12,916 bases of DNA, from positions 1 through 12,916 of the forward strand of contig JBHIAC010000094.1 in assembly GCA_046758365.1 (NCBI GenBank), given 5' to 3'. Shown piece after piece: positions 1-7,150 of this stretch (positions are counted from its first letter, which is position 1; each line of letters opens with the position of its first letter). A program made the position numbers and the translations under genes. Below the pieces are notes generated by a model. The model saw nothing but the letters and a program-made list of their open reading frames with translations. It was not told the DNA's origin and made no database searches. The DNA comes from a bacterium. GTDB lineage: Bacteria; Zhuqueibacterota; Zhuqueibacteria; Oceanimicrobiales; Oceanimicrobiaceae.

Positions 1-90
1 CCTCTATTCGAGTTAACACGTGGGGACAAATGTCCTCTATTATTTCATGTTCAGGGTAATAAGATTAAAAATATTGGGGTTACCAGTTAG
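1..90 (+). CDS. Possible 3' end of an upstream gene (partial, unknown product)
   Basis: Frame 1 is open from base 1 to TAG at 88-90 (PLFELTRGDKCPLLFHVQGNKIKNIGVTS*). Too short to assign and could be chance. Confidence 0.35.
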   Translation, partial: PLFELTRGDKCPLLFHVQGNKIKNIGVTS

Positions 91-104
91 GAATCAAAAA
101 GAAC

Positions 105-133
105 TTGACTATTTTGATTTTATGTTGTAAATT
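105..133 (+). promoter_or_regulatory. Sigma70-type promoter for the scpAB-rluB-cmk-rpsA run
   Basis: TTGACT (105-110), 17-nt spacer, TAAATT (128-133); each hexamer is close to TTGACA/TATAAT and the spacing is optimal. Confidence 0.65.
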
Positions 134-195
134 CTCAAAAATTATTTGTTTCACGTAATTATTTTATAGGGCGATGTATTTATGAAGAGGTGGAA

Positions 196-243
196 ATGAG
201 CGAATTTGAGTTTTTTAAAAATCTAACCACCTCTAACTTTTAG
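196..243 (+). CDS. Putative leader peptide MSEFEFFKNLTTSNF
   Basis: ATG at 196 closely preceded by SD-like AGAGGTG (186-192); TAG at 241-243; 4 Phe codons in 15; lies between the promoter and terminator. Confidence 0.3.
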   Translation: MSEFEFFKNLTTSNF

Positions 244-256
244 TGAAAAAAGATTG

Positions 257-290
257 AAGCCCTATGAACTACTGATTGAAGGGCTTTTTT
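257..290 (+). terminator. Intrinsic terminator-like hairpin directly upstream of the scpA start
   Basis: AAGCCCT (257-263)/AGGGCTT (280-286) inverted repeat with a 16-nt loop, running into TTTTTT (285-290). Confidence 0.55.
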
Positions 291-291
291 A

Positions 292-1008
292 ATGCCATAC
301 CGTGTACAGCTACAAAATTTTGAAGGGCCATTAGATCTACTTCTATATTTGATTAAAAAAAACGAGGTGGAAATTTATGATATTCCTATTTCAGAAATCA
401 CCCAACAATACTTGGAATATTTGGAGGTAATCGAACTGCTTGATTTGGAAAAGGCTGGAGAATTTATTTTAATGGCTGCGACCTTACTGCGCATTAAAGC
501 ACAAATGCTGATTCCAAGGCCCGTGATGGAAGATGAAGAAGAGGAAGATCCACGGGAAGCATTGATTCAGAGATTATTAGAATACCAAAGATATAAAGAG
601 GTGGCTGAGAATCTTGCCGATTTTGAAAAGAAACAGAGGGACTTTTTTGCAAGGAGATATTTTGATTTTGATTTGGAAGAAAACAAAAATGGTGAAGATA
701 AAAATACCAAACGTGAAGTGACTCTTTATGATTTAATGGCTGTGTTTGTCGAAGTAATAAAAAAAGTACCTCCAATTTCCCATCATACTATTGAAAGGAT
801 ACCCGTTACCATTGACGATCAGACTAAATTTATTTTAGATTATTTAGAAAATCATGAACAGGCCCTCATTTCAGAACTGTTTACTCCGATAAATGAACGA
901 ATTATAATGATAGTAACTTTTGTAGCGCTTCTTGAGCTCGTTAAAAGTAAACGGGTGAAACTTAATCAGAGTAACCCTTTTGCAGAGATTTGGATCCGTA
1001 AAATTTAA
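292..1008 (+). CDS. scpA: Segregation and condensation protein A (kleisin subunit of SMC-ScpAB)
   Basis: N-terminal FEGPLDLLLYLI, EFILMAATLLRIKAQML, DPREALIQRLLEY and C-terminal FVALLELVK winged-helix motif; coupled to scpB. Confidence 0.97.
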   Translation: MPYRVQLQNFEGPLDLLLYLIKKNEVEIYDIPISEITQQYLEYLEVIELLDLEKAGEFILMAATLLRIKAQMLIPRPVMEDEEEEDPREALIQRLLEYQRYKEVAENLADFEKKQRDFFARRYFDFDLEENKNGEDKNTKREVTLYDLMAVFVEVIKKVPPISHHTIERIPVTIDDQTKFILDYLENHEQALISELFTPINERIIMIVTFVALLELVKSKRVKLNQSNPFAEIWIRKI

Positions 1009-1604
1009 TGGATTTTGAATATCAAAAACGGATCGTTGAAGCACTTATCTTTGCCAGTGATATTCCGATTGCTGAAAGCAAAATTGCAAATTACATTGAG
1101 GGATTAAGCACAAAACAAGTCATTAAGATCGTAGAGGAGCTAAATCAAGAATATTTGAAAAATCATAGAGCATTTTACATAACAAAAGTCGCTGGCGGGT
1201 TCCAGTTTAATTCTCGAAAAGACTTTGCCCCTTGGATTAAAAAGCTATTTAAAGGACGGGCTAAACCAAAATTGAGTCAGGCTGCTTTGGAATCACTGGC
1301 GATTATTGCTTTTAAACAGCCCATCAGTCGAGTAGAAGTGGATAGCATTCGAGGGGTTCATTCTGTTGGGGTGATTAAAAATTTGTTAGAAAGAAATCTC
1401 ATTTCCATTGCTGGAAGAGCCGATACCGTTGGTAAACCGCTCCTTTATAGCACTACCGGTGAATTTCTGCGTTATTTTGGTATAAATGATATTTCTGAAT
1501 TACCTAAACCAAAAGAGATAGAAGAAATTATGGGAAAGTTAGACGGAACCGGAGAAGCTTCAGAAAAAATTATTGAAGCCTTGGCGAATCAAAATTCTCT
1601 CTAA
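1008..1604 (+). CDS. scpB: Segregation and condensation protein B
   Basis: EALIFAS, VAGGFQ, LSQAALESLAIIAFKQPISRVEVDSIRGV, GKPLLYSTTGEFLRYFG...LP; TAATG stop/start overlap with scpA. Confidence 0.97.
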   Translation: MDFEYQKRIVEALIFASDIPIAESKIANYIEGLSTKQVIKIVEELNQEYLKNHRAFYITKVAGGFQFNSRKDFAPWIKKLFKGRAKPKLSQAALESLAIIAFKQPISRVEVDSIRGVHSVGVIKNLLERNLISIAGRADTVGKPLLYSTTGEFLRYFGINDISELPKPKEIEEIMGKLDGTGEASEKIIEALANQNSL

Positions 1605-1705
1605 GGGGGTGTGAAGAAATAACTTGGAACTTTATTTAGACTCAAGTCTAATAAAAACAAATTAAGAATAACTCTGAGATTACCAACTTAATTTTTCACA
1701 CCCCC
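1605..1705. mobile_element. MITE-like element (101 bp) with imperfect TIRs and TAA direct repeat
   Basis: Left end GGGGGTGTGAAGAAATAACTTGG versus reverse complement of right end GGGGGTGTGAAAAATTAAGTTGG (20/23, first 11 perfect); flanked by TAA (1602-1604) and TAA (1706-1708); no ORF. Confidence 0.75.
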
Positions 1706-1721
1706 TAAGAGGACAATAATA

Positions 1722-2429
1722 ATGATTCGGCTAAATAAATATATGGCAGAATGTGGTTTAGGATCGCGGCGAAAATGTGATCAAATGATCTTGGATGGAT
1801 TGGTTTCTATTAATGATGTGGTTGAAAAGAAGCTTGGGATTAGAATTAACGAAAGAAATGATAAAGTAAAAATCAATGGAAGGATTATTAAACGACCAAG
1901 TAAATTAAAATATATTATTTTAAATAAGCCAAAAGGTTATGTTACCACCGTCTCGGACGAGAAGAAGAGGAAAACTGTATTAGATTTGATTAAATCTAAA
2001 TCGAGGATTTTTCCAGTTGGTAGACTGGATATTGATACAACGGGTCTTCTTCTTTTAACAAATGATGGAGAATTAGCTTATAGACTCACACACCCAAAGT
2101 ACCAGGTGGATAAAATTTATGAGGCTATTTTAGACAGAAATTTAACAGAAGCCGACCGAAAAAAGCTGGAGTCCGGAATCATTTTGCAGGAAGGTAAAAC
2201 TTCACGATGCAGCATTGAAATTCCAAATATTAAAAATAAAAAGCTTGTAAAAATAACCTTACACCAAGGATGGAGACGCCAGATTCGAAGAATGTTTGCT
2301 GTTTTGAATTATCAAATCGTGGAGTTAAGAAGAGTAGAATTTGGTTCTCTTAAGCTTAAAGGCTTGCCTTTAGGAGCGTTTCGAGCTTTGTCAGAGCAAG
2401 AAGTAAATCAATTAAAAAATAAAGTTTAG
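1722..2429 (+). CDS. rluB: RsuA/RluB-family rRNA pseudouridine synthase
   Basis: S4 domain (RLNKYMAECGLGSRRKCD), LNKPKGY, catalytic GRLDIDTTGLLLLTNDG, THP, GWRRQIRRM; typical position after scpAB; SD-like AAGAGGA (1707-1713). Confidence 0.92.
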   Translation: MIRLNKYMAECGLGSRRKCDQMILDGLVSINDVVEKKLGIRINERNDKVKINGRIIKRPSKLKYIILNKPKGYVTTVSDEKKRKTVLDLIKSKSRIFPVGRLDIDTTGLLLLTNDGELAYRLTHPKYQVDKIYEAILDRNLTEADRKKLESGIILQEGKTSRCSIEIPNIKNKKLVKITLHQGWRRQIRRMFAVLNYQIVELRRVEFGSLKLKGLPLGAFRALSEQEVNQLKNKV

Positions 2430-2471
2430 GATTAAAAGAGATTTTTTTGTAAGAAAAGAACAAATTTATTT

Positions 2472-3137
2472 TTGAAAAAGAGATTTGTTATCGCTATCGA
2501 TGGGCCAGCCGGTTCGGGAAAGAGCACAACCGCAAGATTAGTTGCAAAAAGGCTGGGTTTTTTGTATATTGATTCAGGTGCGATGTATCGGGCATTTACC
2601 CTGGAAGCCTTGAAGAAAGGTATCTCTTTAAATGATGAAAAAGCACTAGTTACACTGTTACACTTTACCAAATTTGATATTGCAAATTCGGAATATGAAT
2701 GTTTAATTTTTTTGAACGGAGAAAATGTAACTCATGAAATTCGATCGCCGAAAGTGACGGCCAATGTTTCAGTTGTGTCCGAATATCCAAAGGTGCGCGA
2801 AGTTATAACACAAAAACAAAGGGAGGTAGCTGACGATCATTCTGTTGTTTTGGAGGGCAGAGATATAGGAACCGTTGTATTTCCTGATGCTGATTTAAAA
2901 ATATTTATGAAAGCTTCTTTAAAGGAGCGGGCGAAACGTAGATTTAATGAATTACAAATAAATGGAATTAAAACTGAACAAAAAGACGTTGAAAGAGAAA
3001 TTGCAAGAAGAGATAAGTATGATACAAAAAGACAAATTTCGCCTCTCCGTAAAGCTTCCGATGCAATTATTTTAGATACAACAAATATGAGCATCAATCA
3101 GCAAGTAGATTTTATCGTGCAGAAAGTATTGAAATAG
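2472..3137 (+). CDS. cmk: Cytidylate kinase
   Basis: IAIDGPAGSGKST P-loop, DSGAMYR, VLEGRDIGTVVFPDA, RRDKYD..R..SPL; TTG start; upstream of rpsA. Confidence 0.97.
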   Translation: MKKRFVIAIDGPAGSGKSTTARLVAKRLGFLYIDSGAMYRAFTLEALKKGISLNDEKALVTLLHFTKFDIANSEYECLIFLNGENVTHEIRSPKVTANVSVVSEYPKVREVITQKQREVADDHSVVLEGRDIGTVVFPDADLKIFMKASLKERAKRRFNELQINGIKTEQKDVEREIARRDKYDTKRQISPLRKASDAIILDTTNMSINQQVDFIVQKVLK

Positions 3138-3162
3138 CTTAGCGAACAGAAAAAATAATTTT

Positions 3163-3270
3163 AGACTTCTACAAAATAGGGTGTACAACCTTTAGGTTGA
3201 GATTGTCATAGGCAGGCTGAAGCCTGTACACCCATTTTGAGTATGCTTTAAATTAATTTTGCAGAAGTCT
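3163..3270. mobile_element. MITE-like element (~108 bp) with 15-bp TIRs and 13-bp flanking direct repeat
   Basis: AGACTTCTACAAAAT (3163-3177)/ATTTTGCAGAAGTCT (3256-3270), 14/15; direct repeat GAAAAAATAATTT at 3149-3161 and 3271-3283. Confidence 0.75.
3179..3233. repeat. Inverted pair of REP-like palindromes (REPIN-like doublet)
   Basis: GGGTGTA-CAACC-TTTA-GGTTG (3179-3199) and, on the minus strand, GGGTGTA-CAGGC-TTCA-GCCTG (3233-3213): GGTG tetranucleotide, 2-nt spacer, perfect 5-bp hairpin. Confidence 0.7.
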
Positions 3271-3286
3271 GAAAAAATAATTTAAT

Positions 3287-3295
3287 TAAGGAGGT
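3287..3295 (+). promoter_or_regulatory. Strong Shine-Dalgarno of rpsA
   Basis: TAAGGAGGT ending 8 nt before the ATG at 3304. Confidence 0.85.
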
Positions 3296-3303
3296 TTACT
3301 TTT

Positions 3304-5367
3304 ATGTCAGATGTTATAGATCAAAGCACAAAAAATGAGAATGGAGCTAATTCGAAGAATGGAGGTGATGCCGCGCTAACCGAAGATATTAAGAACCAAC
3401 AGGTTTCACCCAGTACTAAAACTTCTAACAACTCCTCTGAGGAAGTCGTTTACGCACTTGAAGAACTGGAAGAGGAAAAAAGATATTCAGAGGAAGAATT
3501 TAAACAAATGATGAATTTATATGATCAATCCATAGCCGATTTTGTTGAGGGTGAGCTGGTCGTTGGAAAAATTTTATCCGTCAACGAGAAAGAGGTCTCC
3601 GTTGATATTGGTTTCAAATCAGAAGGTGTAATTCCAATTGAGGAATTTAGCGATCCAAAGTCTATCGAAGTGGGCGATGATATTGAGGTATATCTTGATA
3701 ATGTTGAAAACCAGGACGGTCAATTAGTGCTCTCAAAGAAAAAGGCTGATTTTCTTCGAATGTGGGAAAAAGTCCTCGAAGCCTATGAAAATGATGAAAT
3801 TCTTAGAGGGACTTGTATGAGGCGGATTAAGGGAGGTATCGTGGTGGATTTAATGGGAGTGGACGCATTTTTGCCAGGCTCACAAATCGATGTTAAGCCA
3901 ATACGGGATTTTGACGCTTTGATTGGCCAGACTATTGATTTTAAAGTAGTTAAGGTAAATGAACCTCGAAAGAACATCGTGGTTTCTCATCGCGTACTTA
4001 TTGAAGAAGGTTTGAAGGAACAGCGTGGTAGAATTTTGGAAAACCTTTCAAAAGGACAGGTGCTGGAAGGTACTGTAAAAAATATTACGGATTTTGGTGT
4101 ATTTATAGATTTGGGCGGTGTGGATGGACTTTTGCACATTAATGACCTGTCCTGGGGGCGAGTGAATCATCCTTCAGAAATTGTTGCTTTCGACGAAAAG
4201 ATTAAAGTTCAAATATTAGATTTTAATGAAGATAAAGATCGAATTTCTTTGGGGCTAAAACAACTTCAGCCCCATCCATGGGATAATGTAAAAGACAAGT
4301 ACAAAGAAGGTGATATTGTCAAAGGCAAAGTAGTTAACATTTCTGATTACGGGACTTTTATAGAATTAGAAAAAGGCGTTGAAGGATTAATTCATATTTC
4401 AGAAATGTCCTGGTCTCAACATATAAAACATCCCTCTAAAATTCTGTCCCTTGGTGAAACATTAGAGGCTAAAATTCTTAGTATCGATTACGATGAACGT
4501 AAAATCTCTTTGGGGTTAAAACAACTGGAACCGGATCCCTGGACAGATATTGAAGCAAAATATCCTGTGGGTTCAAAGCAAAAGGGCACTGTTCGAAATT
4601 TGACTAACTTTGGTGCATTTGTTGAACTAGAAGATGGAATTGATGGGCTTATCCATATTTCCGACCTTTCATGGACTAAGAAAATCCGGCATCCCAGCGA
4701 AGTGGTAAAAAAAGGGGAAGAAATAGAAGTGGTAGTCTTAAATATTGATAAAGATAGCCGCCGAATCTCGTTGGGTTACAAACAAACCGTGGAGAATCCT
4801 TGGGACAAATTCGAGGAATCCTATCAACCAAAAACTAGAACAAAGGGCAAAATCGTTCGGATGATTGAAAAAGGGGTAATTGTAGAACTGCCTTTAATGG
4901 TAGATGGATTTGTACCCTTGTCACAATTAAACAAAGCAAATATTCGTAAGCCAGCCGACGCCTATAAAGTTGGAGATGGACTTGAACTCGCGGTCATTGA
5001 GTTCAATAAAGAAAACAAAAAAATCATCCTTTCTGAGAAACTCGCTCATAGTGAAGCTATAAGTGAGGTAAAACCTGAAATAGCTAAAGATGATGTTGAA
5101 GCAATAGCAGAATTTGAGAAAGAAGTATCTGTTATCAAACCTGCGATAATAGACGAATCAACTACTTCTGAATCAGAAAGTAGTACTTCCGAGACCGCTA
5201 CTCCTGAAAGTGATAAGAAACCTATTGACGATGAAATAAAAGCAGATGATTCAAAGTTGGAAGAGGCCGAAAATTTAGAAACTAAGGCTACATCTGATCC
5301 AGAGTTGTCCAAGTCTAAAAATACTGAAATGGGTGATAGTGACTCTGAAGATAAGCATGAAAAATAG
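3304..5367 (+). CDS. rpsA: 30S ribosomal protein S1 with N- and C-terminal low-complexity extensions
   Basis: Six S1 repeats (VDIGFKSEG, AFLPGSQID, KNITDFGVFIDLGGVDGLLHI, EGLIHISEMSW, DGLIHISDLSW, DGFVPLSQL); follows cmk. Confidence 0.98.
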   Translation: MSDVIDQSTKNENGANSKNGGDAALTEDIKNQQVSPSTKTSNNSSEEVVYALEELEEEKRYSEEEFKQMMNLYDQSIADFVEGELVVGKILSVNEKEVSVDIGFKSEGVIPIEEFSDPKSIEVGDDIEVYLDNVENQDGQLVLSKKKADFLRMWEKVLEAYENDEILRGTCMRRIKGGIVVDLMGVDAFLPGSQIDVKPIRDFDALIGQTIDFKVVKVNEPRKNIVVSHRVLIEEGLKEQRGRILENLSKGQVLEGTVKNITDFGVFIDLGGVDGLLHINDLSWGRVNHPSEIVAFDEKIKVQILDFNEDKDRISLGLKQLQPHPWDNVKDKYKEGDIVKGKVVNISDYGTFIELEKGVEGLIHISEMSWSQHIKHPSKILSLGETLEAKILSIDYDERKISLGLKQLEPDPWTDIEAKYPVGSKQKGTVRNLTNFGAFVELEDGIDGLIHISDLSWTKKIRHPSEVVKKGEEIEVVVLNIDKDSRRISLGYKQTVENPWDKFEESYQPKTRTKGKIVRMIEKGVIVELPLMVDGFVPLSQLNKANIRKPADAYKVGDGLELAVIEFNKENKKIILSEKLAHSEAISEVKPEIAKDDVEAIAEFEKEVSVIKPAIIDESTTSESESSTSETATPESDKKPIDDEIKADDSKLEEAENLETKATSDPELSKSKNTEMGDSDSEDKHEK

Positions 5368-5501
5368 TAATAATACATTAAAAATATTTATTGAATTAAA
5401 ATTTAAATTTTTTTATGACCCAATATTTTATAGAAAAAAAATATCAAACCGATTTTATCAGTCGTAATAGGATTTTGGAATTTTGAAAAAAGGGAGAGAC
5501 T

Positions 5502-5831
5502 ATGTGGGTCGTTAAATGGTTTTTAGCGGTGATAGTAATTTTAGTCGTTTTGGGATTTGCCTTACAAAACAGCGGCGAACAAGTAACAGTTGTTTTCATG
5601 ACCCAGGTGTGGCAATATGAAAATGTGCAGCTCTGGATGGTAATCTATGCCTCCTTTGCTCTTGGCGTTTTATTTTGGCTAATTGTTTCGGTTTTTCAAG
5701 TGCTGCAACTTAAAGGAGAAATTCGAAGACTAAAGAAGGTAAATTTTGAAATACAAAATGAACTGGATAGTCTTAGAAATCTTCCCATTGGAGAAGAAGA
5801 CACCGGGTTTGATATAAGAGAAGAAACTTAG
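5502..5831 (+). CDS. lapA: Lipopolysaccharide assembly protein A (LapA/DUF1049 family)
   Basis: Two hydrophobic segments, FALQN motif, C-terminal coiled coil; SD AGGGAG; lies between rpsA and lapB as in the known rpsA-(ihfB)-lapA-lapB arrangement. Confidence 0.85.
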   Translation: MWVVKWFLAVIVILVVLGFALQNSGEQVTVVFMTQVWQYENVQLWMVIYASFALGVLFWLIVSVFQVLQLKGEIRRLKKVNFEIQNELDSLRNLPIGEEDTGFDIREET

Positions 5832-5912
5832 AGCAAGAAGAATTCATTTTTCAGGGAATCCCGTATAAAACTATAAAAGGGGAATAAATTATATTAATGT
5901 AGTTTTTAAAAT

Positions 5913-7061
5913 ATGGATTTTACCTCTGTAATTATATTTATCCTTTTAAGCGTAATAGTGGCATTGGGTCTAATTTATCTTTTTCAAAAGAGACCCGCCT
6001 CAAGATTAGATGAAGCCGCGATAGATTATACCGAAGGTTTAAACTTGCTGCTATTAGGAAAACAGAAAAGCGCGTTAAAGAAATTTAAAAATGCAGTCAC
6101 AAAAAATAGTAATAATATTGAGGCCTATTTGAAAATTGGGGATATTTTGCGAGATATGGAGCAGGTGGAAAGAGCCATAAACGTTCACAAATATTTAACC
6201 GTTCGAAGCGGTTTAACCTTACATCAGCATCAAGAAATTTTAAAGAGTTTAGCAAAAGATTATCAAGCTGCAAAAGAATTTGATAAAGCTCTTGGAGTGA
6301 TAAACAAAATCATTGAAGAGGACAAAAAGAACTTATGGGCTCACGAAATGAAACTCCAACTTTATGAAAAAAAAGAAGAATGGGACAAAGCTTTTCTGGC
6401 ATACAAAGAATTGAAGAAATTAAAAGCTGAGTTTAAAAATGGGAGGTTAGCCCTCTATAAAGTTCAGGAAGGATTGCAATTAATTGATCATGGAAAGGAT
6501 AAAGAAGCTCAAAATCGATTTCGTGATGCTATGAAAATTGATCCCAAGAGCCCCCCAGCTTACATCTATTTAGCAGATTCTTATAAAAGAGAGAATAGAA
6601 AAAGTGATGCCTTAAAAATTCTAAAACATTTTATTGAAAAAGTGCCTGAGCATTCCTATTTAGCATTTGAACGCATCAAGGAGTTGCTTTATGAGGGAGG
6701 CGTCTATGGCGAGATTGAAAATATATATATGGAGATAATAGATAGTCAGCCTGATAATATTACAGCACGTTTGGCGTTGTCAGAAATTTATGAAAAAAAG
6801 GGTGAATTAGAAAAAGCGATTAATACATGTTTAGAAGTTTTGGAAAAAGACCCACTTAATAAAACCGCAAAACAATATTTGGTAAAATTATATCACGAAT
6901 CTGGCAATGATGTCGAGGCGGTAAAGCAAGCTTTAGCTCTGATAGAAGAATCTTTGAATAAAAAAGAAAAGTTTCGTTGTGAATTGTGCGGCTATAAATC
7001 TGAAGAACCCTTCTGGAGGTGCCCCGTTTGTTTTGAGTGGGAAACATTTGTAAAAAACTAA
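5913..7061 (+). CDS. lapB: Lipopolysaccharide assembly protein B (TM + TPRs + rubredoxin-like domain)
   Basis: N-terminal TM helix, YTEGLNLLL, ERAINVH, LAKDY, TPR repeats, C-terminal CELCGY...FWRCPVCFEW metal-binding motif. Confidence 0.9.
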   Translation: MDFTSVIIFILLSVIVALGLIYLFQKRPASRLDEAAIDYTEGLNLLLLGKQKSALKKFKNAVTKNSNNIEAYLKIGDILRDMEQVERAINVHKYLTVRSGLTLHQHQEILKSLAKDYQAAKEFDKALGVINKIIEEDKKNLWAHEMKLQLYEKKEEWDKAFLAYKELKKLKAEFKNGRLALYKVQEGLQLIDHGKDKEAQNRFRDAMKIDPKSPPAYIYLADSYKRENRKSDALKILKHFIEKVPEHSYLAFERIKELLYEGGVYGEIENIYMEIIDSQPDNITARLALSEIYEKKGELEKAINTCLEVLEKDPLNKTAKQYLVKLYHESGNDVEAVKQALALIEESLNKKEKFRCELCGYKSEEPFWRCPVCFEWETFVKN

Positions 7062-7087
7062 GAGTTTCAAATTTATGAAAATTCTCC

Positions 7088-7142
7088 TAAAAGTCAAATT
7101 GCATTTCTCACCAGAATGTTGAGATGTGTAGCTTGACTTTTA
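7088..7142 (+). other. Long intergenic stem-loop
   Basis: TAAAAGTCAAATTGCATTTCTCA (7088-7110) pairs with TGAGATGTGTAGCTTGACTTTTA (7120-7142): 18 Watson-Crick pairs, 3 G-U pairs, 2 mismatches, 9-nt loop. Confidence 0.65.
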
Positions 7143-7150
7143 TTTTTAAA

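Larger units (their letters stand above)
163..290 (+). promoter_or_regulatory. Structured 5' leader, candidate transcription attenuator
   Basis: TTTATAGGGC (163-172) can pair with GCCCTATGAA (259-268), overlapping the 5' arm of the terminator. A nested stem AGAGGTGG (186-193)/CCACCTCT (227-234) covers an SD-like motif ahead of a 15-codon ORF. Confidence 0.5.

Noticed and set aside
183..202. T-box-like motif (AAGAGGTGGAAATG) in the scpA leader
   Set aside because: Lacks the UGGNACC bulge (reads UGGAAAU), there is no room for stem I after the promoter, and no aminoacyl-tRNA synthetase gene follows.
252..281. Direct repeat GATTGAAG (252-259, 274-281) as an operator
   Set aside because: Only two 8-mers, partly overlapping the terminator arms; no independent support.
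494..775. Minus-strand ORF (93 aa)
   Set aside because: Antisense to scpA with no recognisable motif; shadow ORF.
292..1604. Wadjet/MksBEF-type defence system
   Set aside because: Canonical housekeeping ScpA/ScpB in scpAB-rluB-cmk context; no adjacent SMC-like ATPase or JetD nuclease.
2432..3097. Minus-strand ORFs 2432-2671 and 2837-3097
   Set aside because: Antisense shadows of cmk.
3783..5378. Minus-strand ORFs 3783-3977 and 5046-5378
   Set aside because: Antisense to rpsA; the Ser-rich composition simply mirrors Glu/Asp codons of the S1 tail.
7124..7150. Upstream ATG start for the TPR-SPOR gene
   Set aside because: Buried in the hairpin; ATG 7151 gives a canonical signal peptide (MRK plus hydrophobic core).
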